47,057 nt of DNA from Atractiella rhizophila (GCA_021432655.1 MU271201.1:62001-109057), one strand, 5' to 3'; positions 9,999 through 23,103 are shown, counted from the first letter of the stretch. Notes: generated by a model not told the origin, from the sequence alone. Numbers and translations: made by a program.

Positions 9999-12931
9999 CT
10001 ACGCTTTGACTTTTTCGTCCTCCCCTACAATGCCCTCTTTGTCCGAATAGTCTGCCTTCTCCTTCTCCACAGGAGCAAGGACATTCGCCTCCTTATCTTT
10101 CCTTTCTTCCTTTGTGTTGTAAGAGTCTCCGAGGTAGTAATTCGTCATAAAGAGGACGAGTAGTGGCGGAATGAAAGAGATGCAGAGAGCGGGGACGTAG
10201 AGACGATATACGGTTTTGTCATACTGTACGGTTTGCTTGAACAATGGAACAGATGGGAGGTGGCTACGTACAGCGCGAATGACGCCTTCTCGAATTTCTG
10301 CAGGTTGACTTCGAGCTGTTCGGATTGAGTTGTAGATGGACGTGATCTGGGTGGAATTCAGCTGTCCTGATAGTTCGTTCCGCAGGTTAATTGGCATTTG
10401 ATCCCTACCCAGTAATTGTGAGAAAGTAACAAAAGTGAAGGAGGAAAATCTTACGTCCAAACTGCAGCAGCTGCAAAAGTGAAGTATTAATCCAAGCTAA
10501 AGTACGATTTACACAAAGTCGCTCACCGATCGCAGTACCAATAGCTCCTCCAAGCCTGTTGGATTTCTTCAGTAAAAGCTAGCATCAGAACAGAGAACTC
10601 ACTTGGTCCAAAGAGCCAGCTGCGCAATGGCTGTCGCCAAAGCAGAATGTGGAATGCTGGCTTGCGAAGCGACCAAATTACAGTTCACAAGTATACCTAT
10701 TAAAGTAGAGATGTCGACTTCGCAGTGTGTGTCCGAGCAAAATGCTGACCTCCTCCAATAGCGATCAAAATTTGCGTCCAAACGAGCGCAACTGCGGTGG
10801 CGTTGTCCCCTGTTCACCAACCCCAATTAGAACTAGATTTTTCATAGAGGAAGCGCATTGCGAACCTCGAGCATAGAGGGTCAGCCCCATCCCGATCGTC
10901 TTGATGCAGTGTCCGATGATCAGGAGATACTAATTCCCTTCGAGTCAGCGGCTAAGGACAGTGAGAATCCAGGCGCTTGCCTTGAAACGATGTGTAACTC
11001 GAATAATAAGGCCTGCCATTAAACCGAAAACGCAAAGGCCTGGGTACCGTCAATACTGGTTTGGAAAATCTTCGACCTGACATACCAACGGTCAGAGTTT
11101 GCGTAAAATATGTCCAATCTTTGAGCGACCTGCGAAACGTCAGCGCAAAAGAAGCCCAAATTGTCTCCTCACCAGTCCGTGACAACGTCTGCAATTGCCG
11201 TCAGAAGTGGAAGCAAAAAAAAGATAGAATATACTCACAAACCCATGAACTGAAGTAGGTCTGCGAAGTGCTGTTTGGATAGCACGCACGTGCGACAGGA
11301 GAGTGCTTACAGAACGCATGTTTCCAGCAATAAAATAAATGACATCTCCGAACACAGCAATAATCCAATTTTTTGCTAAAATTTCCTTTGCTATGCTGCT
11401 CATTAGACGAAATCGCGCGGTGCATTCCTCAGCTCACCAATGAGAGGATACTCTGCGATTCTTAGCTCATAGTAGACCAGAGCAATAATTAAAAGGCCAC
11501 CAACAACCTCCATGGCGATGAGAGAGGCTACAAGAATGTAAGTGACAGCTGAAAGCAGGATTGACTTACGATTCTTCCACCCGTTTTCTGCTGTTTTGTA
11601 TAAAGTGAGTGGGAGGAATATGAGAGCCCATGCAACGCCGAGAAGGATCAAACCGAAGCCATCAATCTGTCGCCAATATAAATATGCGAGTTCCAGGTAG
11701 CCCATTCGCCTTTGTTCAACGCCGAGTTGCACACGACGCTTGTGAGAAGAAGCTGCAAGGGAGACGGTGCCGATCTGTTTCGCCTTCCAATCCCCCCAGA
11801 ACAAGATGAGCCTGTTGAAACATTGTTAATAGGTTGAAACTGAGACGACCAGCAACTGACAGAGCGGGAGCCATAACTGCTGGCATGATGATCTTCTCGC
11901 TATGTTAGTACACTCCGCAGGCTGACAATAGCTTACGGCAAACATTCCTTTAAAATGTTAATGTGCATGAGTTCGGTACCCCTGCAAAGCTGATAGTGTA
12001 CGTACCATAACCCCAGCGCCATCCACCCTCTCCTACACCGTCGACAATGTAGCCAGCCTGGGCTCTGATAGTTATCGCGAAACGTCTTTTAAGAGAGCAT
12101 CAGGCGCACGATAAATGCCTATTCAACCTCTCTGTAAACTATGCGGTGAGCAGGGAGAGACATACATTGACAATGTAAGGAGAAGAGCAAAGAGAATTGA
12201 CTGTAAGTTTGATTAATGGAAGTTCGTGTCGTTCACGAACCTTGGACTTACCGAGCGCTCTCCACTTCAGCGGGCTGATATCTGAGACGATAATGTTAAT
12301 CATGAGATTGATTCCCGTATTTCCAATCGTGTAGATGAGCTCGCCTGTTCCACCAACCGCATCAGTCCTCCGAATTTACATTAAGCGACCCCAGGCGACG
12401 TACCAGCAACCAGGGTGTTTACAGAATTACCAGAGGCGACGACAATGAAGCCGACCACGTAGAAGAGCAGACACACAAGGAGAGCAAAAGGTCTGCTCGA
12501 AATGTCTGCAAACTTGGCGATGAAAGGCTGAGAAACCGCTCCCAGGATGTAAATTGCTATTGCAGCATTTAGCTCCACTTCAGGACTGTAGGGAAGGAAA
12601 GACTTTGTACCTGTGTCTATTGTTCCAATTGCAGAATGTCGCCCTAAATCTGACGTCGCGAAAACGAGATAGTTTCCTACGGTATTCGAGGAAAGTGAAT
12701 AGCTGTAGGCAACCAAGCCTATGCTCAAATAGAGCAGCCAAATGGTCCATCCCCCACTATTGAAGACTTTGTACAGAGCCTCAATTTTCTCAACTCCTAC
12801 ATTCGCGGCTGGACTAGGACTCCCGCCAACTTGTCTGGGGAGACAGTAGCTCCGATTGCTGAAGCAATCTCCTTCTCATCTAACTTCACGTCCTCCTTAG
12901 AATCGACGGATTCTGGCGTACGCGAGCTCAT
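9999..12931 (-). CDS. MFS siderophore-iron transporter (Sit1/Arn/MirB family), many exons
   Basis: Family motifs GVEKIEALYKVF..IWLLYLSIGLVAY, ATSDLGRHSAIG, AVSQPFIAKFADISSR, DISPLKWR, GWRWG, YWRQIDGFGLILLG, SQASIPH, REGVIRAY and MTNYYLGDSYN. Apparent 1-nt frameshift near 12830-12870. Confidence 0.85.
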
Positions 12932-12991
12932 ATTGTCACGGCACAAACTAGACGCAGTAGTAGCAAGAAAGAAGAGCAGATCTTGCTGCTG

Positions 12992-13021
12992 TATCTGATA
13001 CTTCGTATGCTTTTATCTGAT
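12992..13021 (-). promoter_or_regulatory. Paired ATCWGATAA-type GATA elements, candidate iron-repressor (SreA/Urbs1-type) sites
   Basis: ATCAGATAA (plus strand TTATCTGAT, 13013-13021) and TATCTGATA (12992-13000) lie 60-90 bp upstream of the siderophore transporter ATG. Confidence 0.6.
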
Positions 13022-13899
13022 TAGCACGACTCTTGGAAGGCATGCAAGAGAAACGGTAAAAGCCAGCGCACAAGAGTGTCATCTCCGCAAACACTTCCAG
13101 ACAATGCGCCGTCTCCGAAACCCGCTCGGAAGACCAAGGGACGCCACCTGTACTCAGCTACATAGGCTACCCAGGGCGTCAAAGCACTTTGCTGGAGTTG
13201 GGTCTCAGAACCGAGAACACTCCGCGATTTGTCAATGCAGGTCATCATAATTGCCGTCTATGGACGAGCGAATCGGAATGCTCGTTTGCTGCTTCACCAA
13301 CGAATCCTGCCGAACTGTAGCCGTCACCGTCACCAATCATATCGAAATCTCTAGCGTGAGATTCAGGAAGTGAACATAACGGCCAAGGCATATGGTGGCA
13401 CTCCAGTGTACAGTAAGCTGCTTGCTCATTAAGCGGAGAGCATGGTATCATGATTCAAAGAAACGAATTTCTGCACAGTTGCGCGATTCTGTCTTGTTGA
13501 GAGCTATTGACTGGACATTTTACGTTGTGTTGTTGTGACGATGTTATGGCCACCCAAGCCCATATAGGTATGCAAGCGGAGCCAATAATAACGACGAAGC
13601 TTGAAGGTGACAAGCCGCTGAAACCTCGAAGCAGAAGGTTCAGCGGCAGTAGAATATTGGACATCTTCAACATATTCTCCATCTTTCAATCAATCGTAGA
13701 CAATCGGAAAACTCAAGCTCATGAAGAGCGATTGTAATTACCTGCGACAGATGTCAACATGATCCATCTTCAATCAGCCTGACGTGGAATCCTCAACTCC
13801 TCAGCTCTCTTTCTCGGCTCGGTTCTACTTCATTCTGTCCAACCATGTTAGCGACTTGAAATCCGCGGATGTCAGACACCTTGCAGGTTCAGGAGCTGG

Positions 13900-15180
13900 T
13901 GACTAGCTTGGAGAAAATGGACCGAAAAAGTGAACAATGACAGATCTGCAAGGATGGGCTCCGGTCGGTTTGCCTCCCCAACTTCAGGGGAAACCCACGT
14001 CGTCGTTCCTCTAAAGCCTTTCAAAAGAGTTATTCAACCGACTCGACAAGATAATCCAAAATCAATAATCTGAAGTGTCCACGAATGACTATGAGGTTAC
14101 CGTTCAAATCCATGTGCGCAAAGCCAGGGGTGTACATGAAACCGATACCATCAAGTAGTTATTGGGACAGAGAGATCGCGAGAGCGCTGTCAAGACGACT
14201 TCGGAAGTTGCACAGGGATCCCAAGCGGAAGAATGAGGAATCGGTCACTTCCACACTCCATAGCCTCGATGACCGTGATTGTATGGTTCCTTGAATCGGC
14301 AATGCCAGTAAGCCAACGGTGGATCTCTGCTTCTTTGTGTTCCGGACGTTCGACGATTTGACAAAGCGCTAGCAGTCTCGTCGCCAAACTTTTGCTACGA
14401 ATGGGAGTGACGAGTACGCTATTGTCATTAGCACTGACAATACGCAGCTGACATGTACTCACCCCATCGAATATGGTCCATTCACCGGGATCCCAAGGTA
14501 GCGGCGGGACAAAGAAGCAGCCTGCATCATTCAGAGACTTTCTGACTGCATGATTATCCAATTGAAGTGCTTTTTGACTTCGCCTTGCTACGGGGTGTAG
14601 TCTTGATCGTCAGTAGTTTTGCCCTCTTCGCTCTCTATAGCGCTAGCGCACGAGCTGAGAGATTGGTACGCGTCTACATTGGCTCCCTGTAGATTCTTAT
14701 GAATCTCGGTTCGTGGCAAGTCGATCACAGATGGCCAATTGTACCGGTCAAGGAGAAATCTGAGTGCCCGTCGTAGACAACGTTCCCCTGCAGAAAGCTC
14801 AGCGCAAACTTTTGAAGACCAATACACTCTACGTACGCTGGCTGTCGAAAATTCTCACAACACATCAGGTAGTGATCACCTTCAGCTTGTCGTCGGCATA
14901 ACAGCTGATCATAATGGATGACCATGGGTCATTCTTCGTTCCATGATTAGCGTTGATAGAGTATTGCGCGATTCGAACCACCGCGGCGCCGTGGAGCAGC
15001 ATTCGGGTGTTGTCTGCGCAATTTCTCTGACTGAACCTCAAGCAAAAGTCGTGAGATTTGTTGCAACTCGTCGGGAACTCGTAATCATTGTGAGGGAAAT
15101 ATTTGAACTGAGTAGTGTCAGTTGAGTTGGTTACGAAAGGCAGCAAGATAAAATCGCTAAGCTTGATCACTTTAGCCACG
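13900..15180 (-). pseudogene. Degenerate protein kinase gene
   Basis: Minus-strand fragments QLLDGIGFMYTPGFAHMDLN (catalytic-loop-like), LQIIDFGLSCRV (DFG) and KGFRGTTTWVSPEV (APE-like), broken by stops and frameshifts. Lies immediately beside the hAT insertion. Confidence 0.65.
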
Positions 15181-15245
15181 CCTCCATCTCTGGAACGCTG
15201 TTGTGGTTGTTCTCAGTTGTTCGCCTGTCTCGACTGCCATCGAGT

Positions 15246-17446
15246 TAGGGCTGTTCAACGTCACCGTTGAGACGGCTGACGGTGCGGGGCGGACGGCTTT
15301 TTCAGCCACCCGTCCCGCCACCGTTGGCACTTCCTTTCCAGGCGACGGACGGGATTGGTGGACGGCACCCTGCCGTCCTTAATCACCAACCTCTTTTGAA
15401 GACGGCTGAGACGGTGTGAGACGGCTAGTTGTGGGGTTAACCGGAGCTTGAAGCAGTCAAAGGTTCGTGGTTCAGATCACACTTCAGGAATATTCCAAAT
15501 ATTTGAGGAAGGCTTCTCACCAGTTCACAGGTTAGTTCTGATACAGTAGTCACGATCTCTCCTTGCGACGTCCTTTAGCGCAGCCTCCAGCTCCTCGTCA
15601 TCTCAATTTCAGGACTTTCATCAGAGCTACACGAAAGCTTCCCGCCTTCATAACGAATCTCGACCTCTCCCTCCATCGTCCTCCAGACAATCCAAGCGCA
15701 ACCTTCTGATTTTCGGTGCTGCTAGCTGCTTGCAAACTAGTTCATTGAGGAGGTTAGTTGGGACACAAAGAGGGCATGATAATTATGATGAACACTTCTC
15801 AGAGTGGAAATGCTCAGAGGAAGCGGAAGAAGGAGTTTAGGCTGCTATGTTTTTCCTGCATAAAGCGGGTTGGTCATGGCAAGTGTTTCCCACTCAAAAA
15901 ATGGCAGATAACCAATCCAATATTCACAAAAGTGCTCGTCCGAAGAAACCGGTTGACATCGAGGCTAGGAATAATGAAAATGGGACGGCCTTGTCACAAT
16001 GAGACCAGAAGGTTGCATTGCACAACAAGTAAGTTTTTTACTTTTGTCGCATGGAAGTTTTGCGACTGAGAAAGTGATAGGCTGTTGAAAGATGCAAAGA
16101 GAAATGGGTATGCAGCAACAAAGTACCTCTTGTCGGAAGGAGAAGGTCTCGCAAAGAGCTTGGAGAGGCTGAAGGCAAGTTCCATTGTTTTCATATTTTA
16201 ATGAGCTTAGCCAGCGTTGTGACTTAGGATGAAAATGCTACCGTACCTATCGTCACAAACCTCCTCCTTAACACCATCACGAAAACAAATGCCGAAGAGA
16301 ACCAGCTGCTTGACGAGGATGATGAATTCGTCCAGTTTGGCACCAAGAGCAGTGGATTCAAATTGGATGACATTGGTGGGCCCAGCCGGCATCAAATCCT
16401 TCAACAAGCTCTGGTCCTTACTTTGGAGTCAAATTGGATGCTTTCCGGTTGTCTCTGAGCAGTCTTTGCCATCTGCACGTCGTTGGAGCGGCTCTTGTGT
16501 GTGTCCTCATTGATGCCGGGGAATTGGAGGATCCTGTGCAAGATGCACAAGACTTGGATTACTTCCGTCCGGAAGTGGAGGAGAGGTTGAGCGTTGAGCC
16601 AGAGGGAGAGTGCAGTGATGACGGAGAAGCAGAGATGAACAGAGCAACTGCAGATGCTCTTAGAGAGATGCGAAACGGAGATGATGGGAAGGGGAAGACA
16701 AGGAGTCAGAGGAAGAGAGAAAAGGAAAGGGATAGTAAGAAGAAATGGGAAGGAGTGACGGGTCGAGCAGAAGATGTGAGTCCTCTATTCCTCGTTTGAG
16801 TCAGCCAACTGAGTGAATGTGGTTGCAGGTGTTTACGGATCAAGAAGATTCGTCAACTGACAAAGAGCCCAATGCGGATGGGAAGCAGAAGGTATGCTTG
16901 ATTTTCTCTGCTGTGCTGGCAACAAGATACTGATGCACTGTACAACATGTAGAAAACTGGTGGTGTAACCCGAGGGAAAGCGACGATCAAGTTTTGCTAC
17001 GAGTCAATCCACAACTAGCATCAGCGGTAGCGGTGGAGCAGGTGTTCTCTTCGGGCAGAGATGTGATCTCACTTCGCCGTGCTTCTCTCAAGGCTGAGAC
17101 AATCCGAAAGCTGATGCTGCTACGCTCTTGGTGGATGCTTGATAGGAAGAAGGATGGGAAATGGTCCTGGCTTTTTGAGCCATCTTCAGCATCTGTCCAA
17201 GGTGACTAGGAGCTTTGGGTTACAAAGCTTTGTTCTCTGTTTTTTGATATATTTTACAGCAACACAATAATATTATGTCTTCTACACCGTTGACCCGTCC
17301 GTCAACAACCCGTCTTGGACCGTCAGCCGCTCCGTCAGCGTCAAAGGAAGTTGGTGATCAATGCGGTACGGCGACGGTGACGGGTCCAGCCGCCCCGCTC
17401 CCGCCTCAGCTCAAAAATTCGACGGACGGGACGGTGAACAGCCCTA
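15246..17446 (+). mobile_element. hAT-superfamily DNA transposon, non-autonomous or decayed (2201 bp)
   Basis: TIR TAGGGCTGTTCA(a/c)CGTC at both ends (12 bp perfect, 16/17 overall). Perfect 8-bp TSD CATCGAGT at 15238-15245 and 17447-17454. Dense subterminal GACGG/CCGTC repeats and a transposase C-terminal remnant. Confidence 0.95.
16994..17209 (+). pseudogene. hAT transposase C-terminal dimerisation-domain remnant
   Basis: ASAVAVEQVFSSGRDVISLRRASLKAETIRKLMLLRSWW matches the hATC pattern S..ER.FS..G......R.SL...TI..LM. No intact upstream catalytic ORF. Confidence 0.85.
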
Positions 17447-17566
17447 CATCGAGTACTGTGGCTTGTGGTGGTGCGCTGTCATCAGTCAGTAGGAACATCA
17501 GCTGAACATTGTTACTAGTATTTTTTAGCAAGCTGGCCGTTGACCCTGTGATGACTATATAGCTAC

Positions 17567-18800
17567 ATGATGGATTCGAAACCATGCACACCAATTGTGT
17601 TTTTAGATGGTGGCCTGGTAGGATTCCTTTTCAATGTTGCGGCGTATTAGATCGATTTCACAGGGGACAACACTACAAGATCTCCACGATGTTGACCTTT
17701 CGACTGCTGCTCCGACTTCGACTGCCCACCTCTGGTCCTCCGCTCTTCTCCTTAGCGGCGAAGGCACAAAAAAACTCAGACAAGCTCACGCCAGCTTTGT
17801 TCAAGCAGGTAGCGATGTGATTGAAACAGCTACGTGAGCTCGCAGCTCCTCCCAACAACGATTGTTATTGATACTACGCATTAGGTACCCGCTATCCATC
17901 CCTTCCTTACATTGTCTCCAATCGTCGGAAGAGGCGAAGGACACTTTAAGACTTGGAGTCACTGTTACACTCGACGCAATCGAAAGTGGCGAGTTGGAGA
18001 AGGCGCCGAAACTTGCGCTGTCCCTTGGGTCTCTCGGTGCTCTCTTGGTCCCAGGTGCAGAATATTCAGGTATTTACCCACAGCCTTACGGTCCCTCTCT
18101 ACCCCAAGGGAATCCGCATGGATTCCCTTCCGGCACAGAGAAAGCCTTCAAAGATGCTGCCCTCGTGGATCAAAGTGCTTTTGGTGACTGTTTAGATTCC
18201 AACGAGAGAGCGATGGCGAGTTTTCACTACTCGCGGCTGTCGGATTTCTACATCTCTTCTACGAACATATGGGATCGGGTTTCCTATATCGCTTTCGAGA
18301 CGGTGCCAACAGCTGTGGAAGCACAATCAATATGTCGTGCAGTCTACGCATTTTACGAACGCTTCCCTCAAGCCGCGAAGATGTGGTGGATCTCTTTCGT
18401 CTTTCCTCCAGACTCCATCAACAAACTAGACGAGAGTCTTATTAATCTTACCAAGTTTCTCTTCACATCGAAATATCCACCATGGGGCATAGGCCTCAAT
18501 TGCACACATCTTTCCCGAGTACCAGCTCTTCTTTCGCGCTTAGGGGAAGCGATGGCCAACCTAACTCTGTCAAAGGAGGAGCGCCCGTTTCTGGTGCTTT
18601 ATCCAGATGGAGGTGCTGTTTATGATGTTGTGCAGAAGAAATGGGACTCGGATCCTGATGAGCCGAAAGTTTGGGCGAAGAAAATGGAAGAGATCGTCAA
18701 CATCGAAGTTGTAAAAGAGTATTGGGGAGGGATTGCGGTTGGTGGATGCTGTAAAACAGGCCCTAGTCATATCAAAGAATTGAAAAGACTCTTTTCTTAA
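17567..18800 (+). CDS. Homocysteine S-methyltransferase (Sam4/Mht1-like), 3 exons
   Basis: VFLDGGL|GTTLQD, LWSS, HASFVQAGSDVIETAT|YP, GAEYSGIY, IAFETVP, GIGLNC, LYPDGG and the zinc-binding GGCC motif (VGGCCKTGPSHI). Confidence 0.9.
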
Positions 18801-19057
18801 CATTTCATCGAACATTTCATTCCTTCATATTTTGGGAAATGAGCAGTCACGTGGTGCCAGCGCGTCCCGCCGGCGGACGGCTTGCGGAACCGACGATGAC
18901 AATACCACAACTTGGGACAGAACAACGACGACTCTTAACGCTGCTCTTAACGACTTTCTCACGACTTACTGCCCGCTCGTCATTAGACGAGATAATACCC
19001 CACTCTCTGCCTTAATATAGTCACCTCTTATAATTCCTACCTAATTTAATACGAATC

Positions 19058-20250
19058 ATGTCTGACCCCGTCGCACTGGCTGAGAGTCTCGCTGCACTGG
19101 AAGGACGCCGAAATGTAGGTGTTCCGGACATCAGAATCATCTCTCCAACGAAGGAGAGGAAGAAGAAGACGTCGAGGGATTTGCCTCTCTCCCCAGAGCA
19201 ACAATCTGTGAGTTTATTGTGCCTTCCATAAACGAGAGAAGTCTTATGTTCTTTTGCAGGAATGGGATGTCATTGCTGGAGCAGGTAACTGCATCGGATT
19301 TGAAGAATTCAAGAAGGCTTTCGAAATTCCTGAACTTGCTGCACTCGGAAGTCCCCCAGGAAGCCCCGTGAAGGCGAGGAAAAGTAGAGCCATCGTTCAG
19401 AAAGCACAAGAGAAGGAGAATATCGAGCCGCTGAAGCGAGATTATAATTCCCCGAGCGTCGGCCGTAGGAGTACTGGACGTGCGTTTTGCCTCTTTAGGT
19501 CTATCAACTGGAAGGCTGACTTGGTTGAACTGCTGCAGTCGAATATTCCAAGGGCACGGAAGCAGACGGAATTTCTGCTTTCGCGAAGGTCTCCGTCAAA
19601 GGCGCTGATAAGGACGATGGTTATTGTCCTCTCTTTTCTGTTCAAGCACAGGGCTGAGGCGATTGTGGACAGTAGCGACGGATATCGATGAAAGACATCA
19701 GCACAGTTTTCAACCCAAACCATTAATACTCTGTGAGAAGCAGAAGAATATTATCCCCCTCTTGGGAGAGATCGCAGACGGTCAGTTGTGTTCCTTTTCT
19801 TCTTTTCAGCGGAGCTGATTTAATTTCCGTAAGATTATGACCCCTTCGATTTGGACTATCTTGACGACGACGAAGATCCAGCTCCGCCAGCAGAGTTCTG
19901 TTCGCGCTTTCTTTTTCCCTTGCCTTCTCTGACTAATTTTGAATTTTTTTTTTAGCTATGGCAGCGAGCAACTCGCTCGAGAGGATCGCTGCCCTCATGG
20001 AGGCTCTTACATCTGAACCAGAGACGCAAGCGGAACTCCAGGCACGATATGCCAAGGGTGGAAAATCAGCAAGCTCCTCTTCTATCGCCTTCTAGCTAGG
20101 GCGGTAAGTCCATTCTTGCGATTCTTTTACTGAAGATAGCTGATCGATGGTCCCTCCTGAAGGCATTTCTACATACTATCGGACTCAAATTGTTCCGTTC
20201 AGCAAGTCACCGATCGTGTCTTTTGCCGCCATCTCTCAACTCGAGTTGGA
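19058..20250 (+). CDS. Hypothetical multi-exon protein
   Basis: ATG at 19058 (MSDPVALAESLAALEGRRN) followed by a series of short GT..AG introns with branch sites and pyrimidine tracts. No domain recognised; the 3' end is approximate. Confidence 0.4.
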
Positions 20251-20608
20251 CGACCAAAAAGACTAAAGAATCTCAGTACACTCAGTTATCATTATTAAAA
20301 CTCAAGATATGTTATGATTATGAATCAGTAAAGGGAAATGGATATGTATCTTATTCTGTCATCGATGCTGTGTGCTCTTCAAGTTCCCTGAGTCCTTGCT
20401 GTCCATATTTGTCACAAGTTTGCCCGAAGCGGTAGAAACCGGCCACCTTTCTCCTTACGGCATCTGAAATCGGGTAAGCTCGGATACCCCACATTTCAAC
20501 ATCTACAACACTTCCGGCCTTTACGACCTCATAAAGACTCCTTCCTATCCTCTCATAAATCACACGATCGAATTCACCACGGGAACTCACTGCAAACGAT
20601 ACCTCAAC

Positions 20609-23103
20609 ATGTCCAACTTTGTCAAGCAAGAAGACGAGACCTTCAGACGCGAAGTCGCTGAGGTAGAGGTCGGTTTCCCGCTCTCCTTCACTCTTTAATC
20701 TGATGGTGACAATTGGACTGCAGAAATGGTTCAACTCGCCCAGATTTTCCAAGCTCCGAAAGAGACCGTACTCAGCCGCTGATGTCGTCTCGAAGCGAGG
20801 TACGATTCGCCAAACTTACCCTTCCAACGTCATGGGGCAGAAGCTCTATGAGCTCCTCTCAAAACGAGCTCAGGAGGGAACACCGTCCATCACTTACGGC
20901 GCACTGGACCCGGTGCAGATCACACAGATGGCAAAATTCCTTGAAACCGTCTATGTTTCTGGCTGGCAAAGTAGTTCAACGGCGAGGATGTTGGACAGTT
21001 CGCCTACGACGTGAGAGCGTCATTTCACGTTGTTCTCTGTGAACGCCCCAGGTTTGATTAAAGTCCCACGTTTCCTAACACGAGGAAAGAAAGAGACTGG
21101 GTAAAATGGTTTCCTTTTGAGTGGTCGGTCTAGGCCGGGGTCCGAGTAAACACGATGAGCGNNNNNNNNNNNNNNNNNNNNNNNNNNNNNNNNNNNNNNN
21201 NNNNNNNNNNNNNNNNNNNNNNNNNNNNNNNNNNNNNNNNNNNNNNNNNNNNNNNNNNNNNNNNNNNNNNNNNNNNNNNNNNNNNNNNNNNNNNNNNNNN
21301 NNNNNNNNNNNNNNNNNNNNNNNNNNNNNNNNNNNNNNNNNNNNNNNNNNNNNNNNNNNNNNNNNNNNNNNNNNNNNNNNNNNNNNNNNNNNNNNNNNNN
21401 NNNNNNNNNNNNNNNNNNNNNNNNNNNNNNNNNNNNNNNNNNNNNNNNNNNNNNNNNNNNNNNNNNNNNNNNNNNNNNNNNNNNNNNNNNNNNNNNNNNN
21501 NNNNNNNNNNNNNNNNNNNNNNNNNNNNNNNNNNNNNNNNNNNNNNNNNNNNNNNNNNNNNNNNNNNNNNNNNNNNNNNNNNNNNNAGGGCAATAACATT
21601 GACAATGCTTTGAACGTGTAGATTACCCCTACAACACCGTTCCTAATAAAGTCGAGCATCTCTTCATGGCGCAACTCTTCCACGACCGGAAACAACGAGA
21701 AGACCGTGTCTCAATCCCTGCCGCCGAACGATCGAAAGTTCCCTACGTCGACTACCTTCGTCCCATCATCGCAGACGCCGATACAGGACATGGAGGTTTG
21801 ACTGCGACCATGAAATTGACAAAGCTGTTCGTTGAGAAGGGAGCCGCTGGAATCCACATTGAGGACCAAGCTCCAGGGACAAAGAAATGCGGGCATATGG
21901 CTGGCAAAGTACTTGTTCCTATCAGCGAGCATATCAATCGCCTGGTGGCCATTCGGTACCAATACGATATCATGGGCGTCGAGAATATCATTGTCGCTCG
22001 AACAGATGCCGAGGCTGCTACCCTCCTCACAACCAACGTTGATGAAAGGGATCATGCTTTCATTCTCGGAAGCACGAATGCTGAGCTTCCCTCGCTCGTG
22101 GAAGTGATGCACAAGGCGGAATCGAAGGGCCTCAACGGTGCAGAGCTGCAGAACGTAGAGGATGAATGGACGGCGAAGGCTGGATTGTGCTTGTTTGGGG
22201 AGGCGGTGAAGAAGGCATTGGAGAAGAAGGGAGTGAGTGCGAGCAAAATCAAAGAGTTTGAGAAGAAGACGGAGCACGCATCGCACGACGAGACTAGGAA
22301 TATTGCGAAGAGTCTCGGTGTTGAAGTGTACTGGAACTGGGACAAGCCCAGGACGAGGGAAGGTTATTACCGCTACCAAGGTGGAACACAGTGTGCTATC
22401 AACCGCGCCATTGCTTTCGTACGTTCTTTCCATCTTTTCTTCTTATTCGTCTGAAGTTACTCGTATTGTAGGGACCTTTCTGCGACCTCGTATGGATGGA
22501 AACCAAGTCCCCCATCCTCGCTCAGGCGGAGGAGTTCAGCAAAGGTGTCAAGGCAGCGCTCCCTCACCAGTGGTTGGCTTACAACCTGTCGCCTTCTTTC
22601 AACTGGGATTCAGCAGGACTGAACGAGACAGACATGAAGGAATTCGTTTGGAAACTCGGTAAGCTCGGATTTGTTTGGCAATTCATCACCGTGCGCTCTT
22701 TCTATCTCTGCTGAATTTGTACTGATATAAATCTTGGCTACCAGCTCGGAGGTCTTCACTCGAACGCTTATATCACCGCTCTCTTCGCTGAGGCGTTTGC
22801 GAAGGAAGGAATGAAGGCTTATGTCGAGCTGATACAGCGGAAAGAAAGAGAGATTGGCTGTGACGTCCTCACTCATCAGAAGGTAGGTTTGTCACCTTTC
22901 CCGAACTTCCAGTCCTGATATTTCTATTGAATGACAGTGGTCTGGTGCTGAATATGTCGACAACCTCCTCAAAACAGTTACTGGTGGTATCAGCAGCACA
23001 GCGGCTATGGGTAAAGGGTCAGTGTTGCCTTTTTTAGCCCACTTGTATCTTTATTAACATAACGTGCAGCGTCACGGAAAGTCAGTTTGGCTCCAAGCTG
23101 TGA
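20609..23103 (+). CDS. ICL1: Isocitrate lyase, peroxisomal (C-terminal SKL); spans an assembly gap
   Basis: [93 protein letters not shown] (ICL rather than the methylisocitrate lyase KKCGHL), [10 protein letters not shown], and [11 protein letters not shown]. Confidence 0.95.

Noticed and set aside
15270..15430. Short repeated GACGG units resembling an array
   Set aside because: Irregular spacing; explained as hAT subterminal repeats, not a CRISPR-like array.
20351..20752. 133-aa minus-strand ORF
   Set aside because: Antisense to ICL1 exon 1 and its promoter, non-ATG start, no motif.
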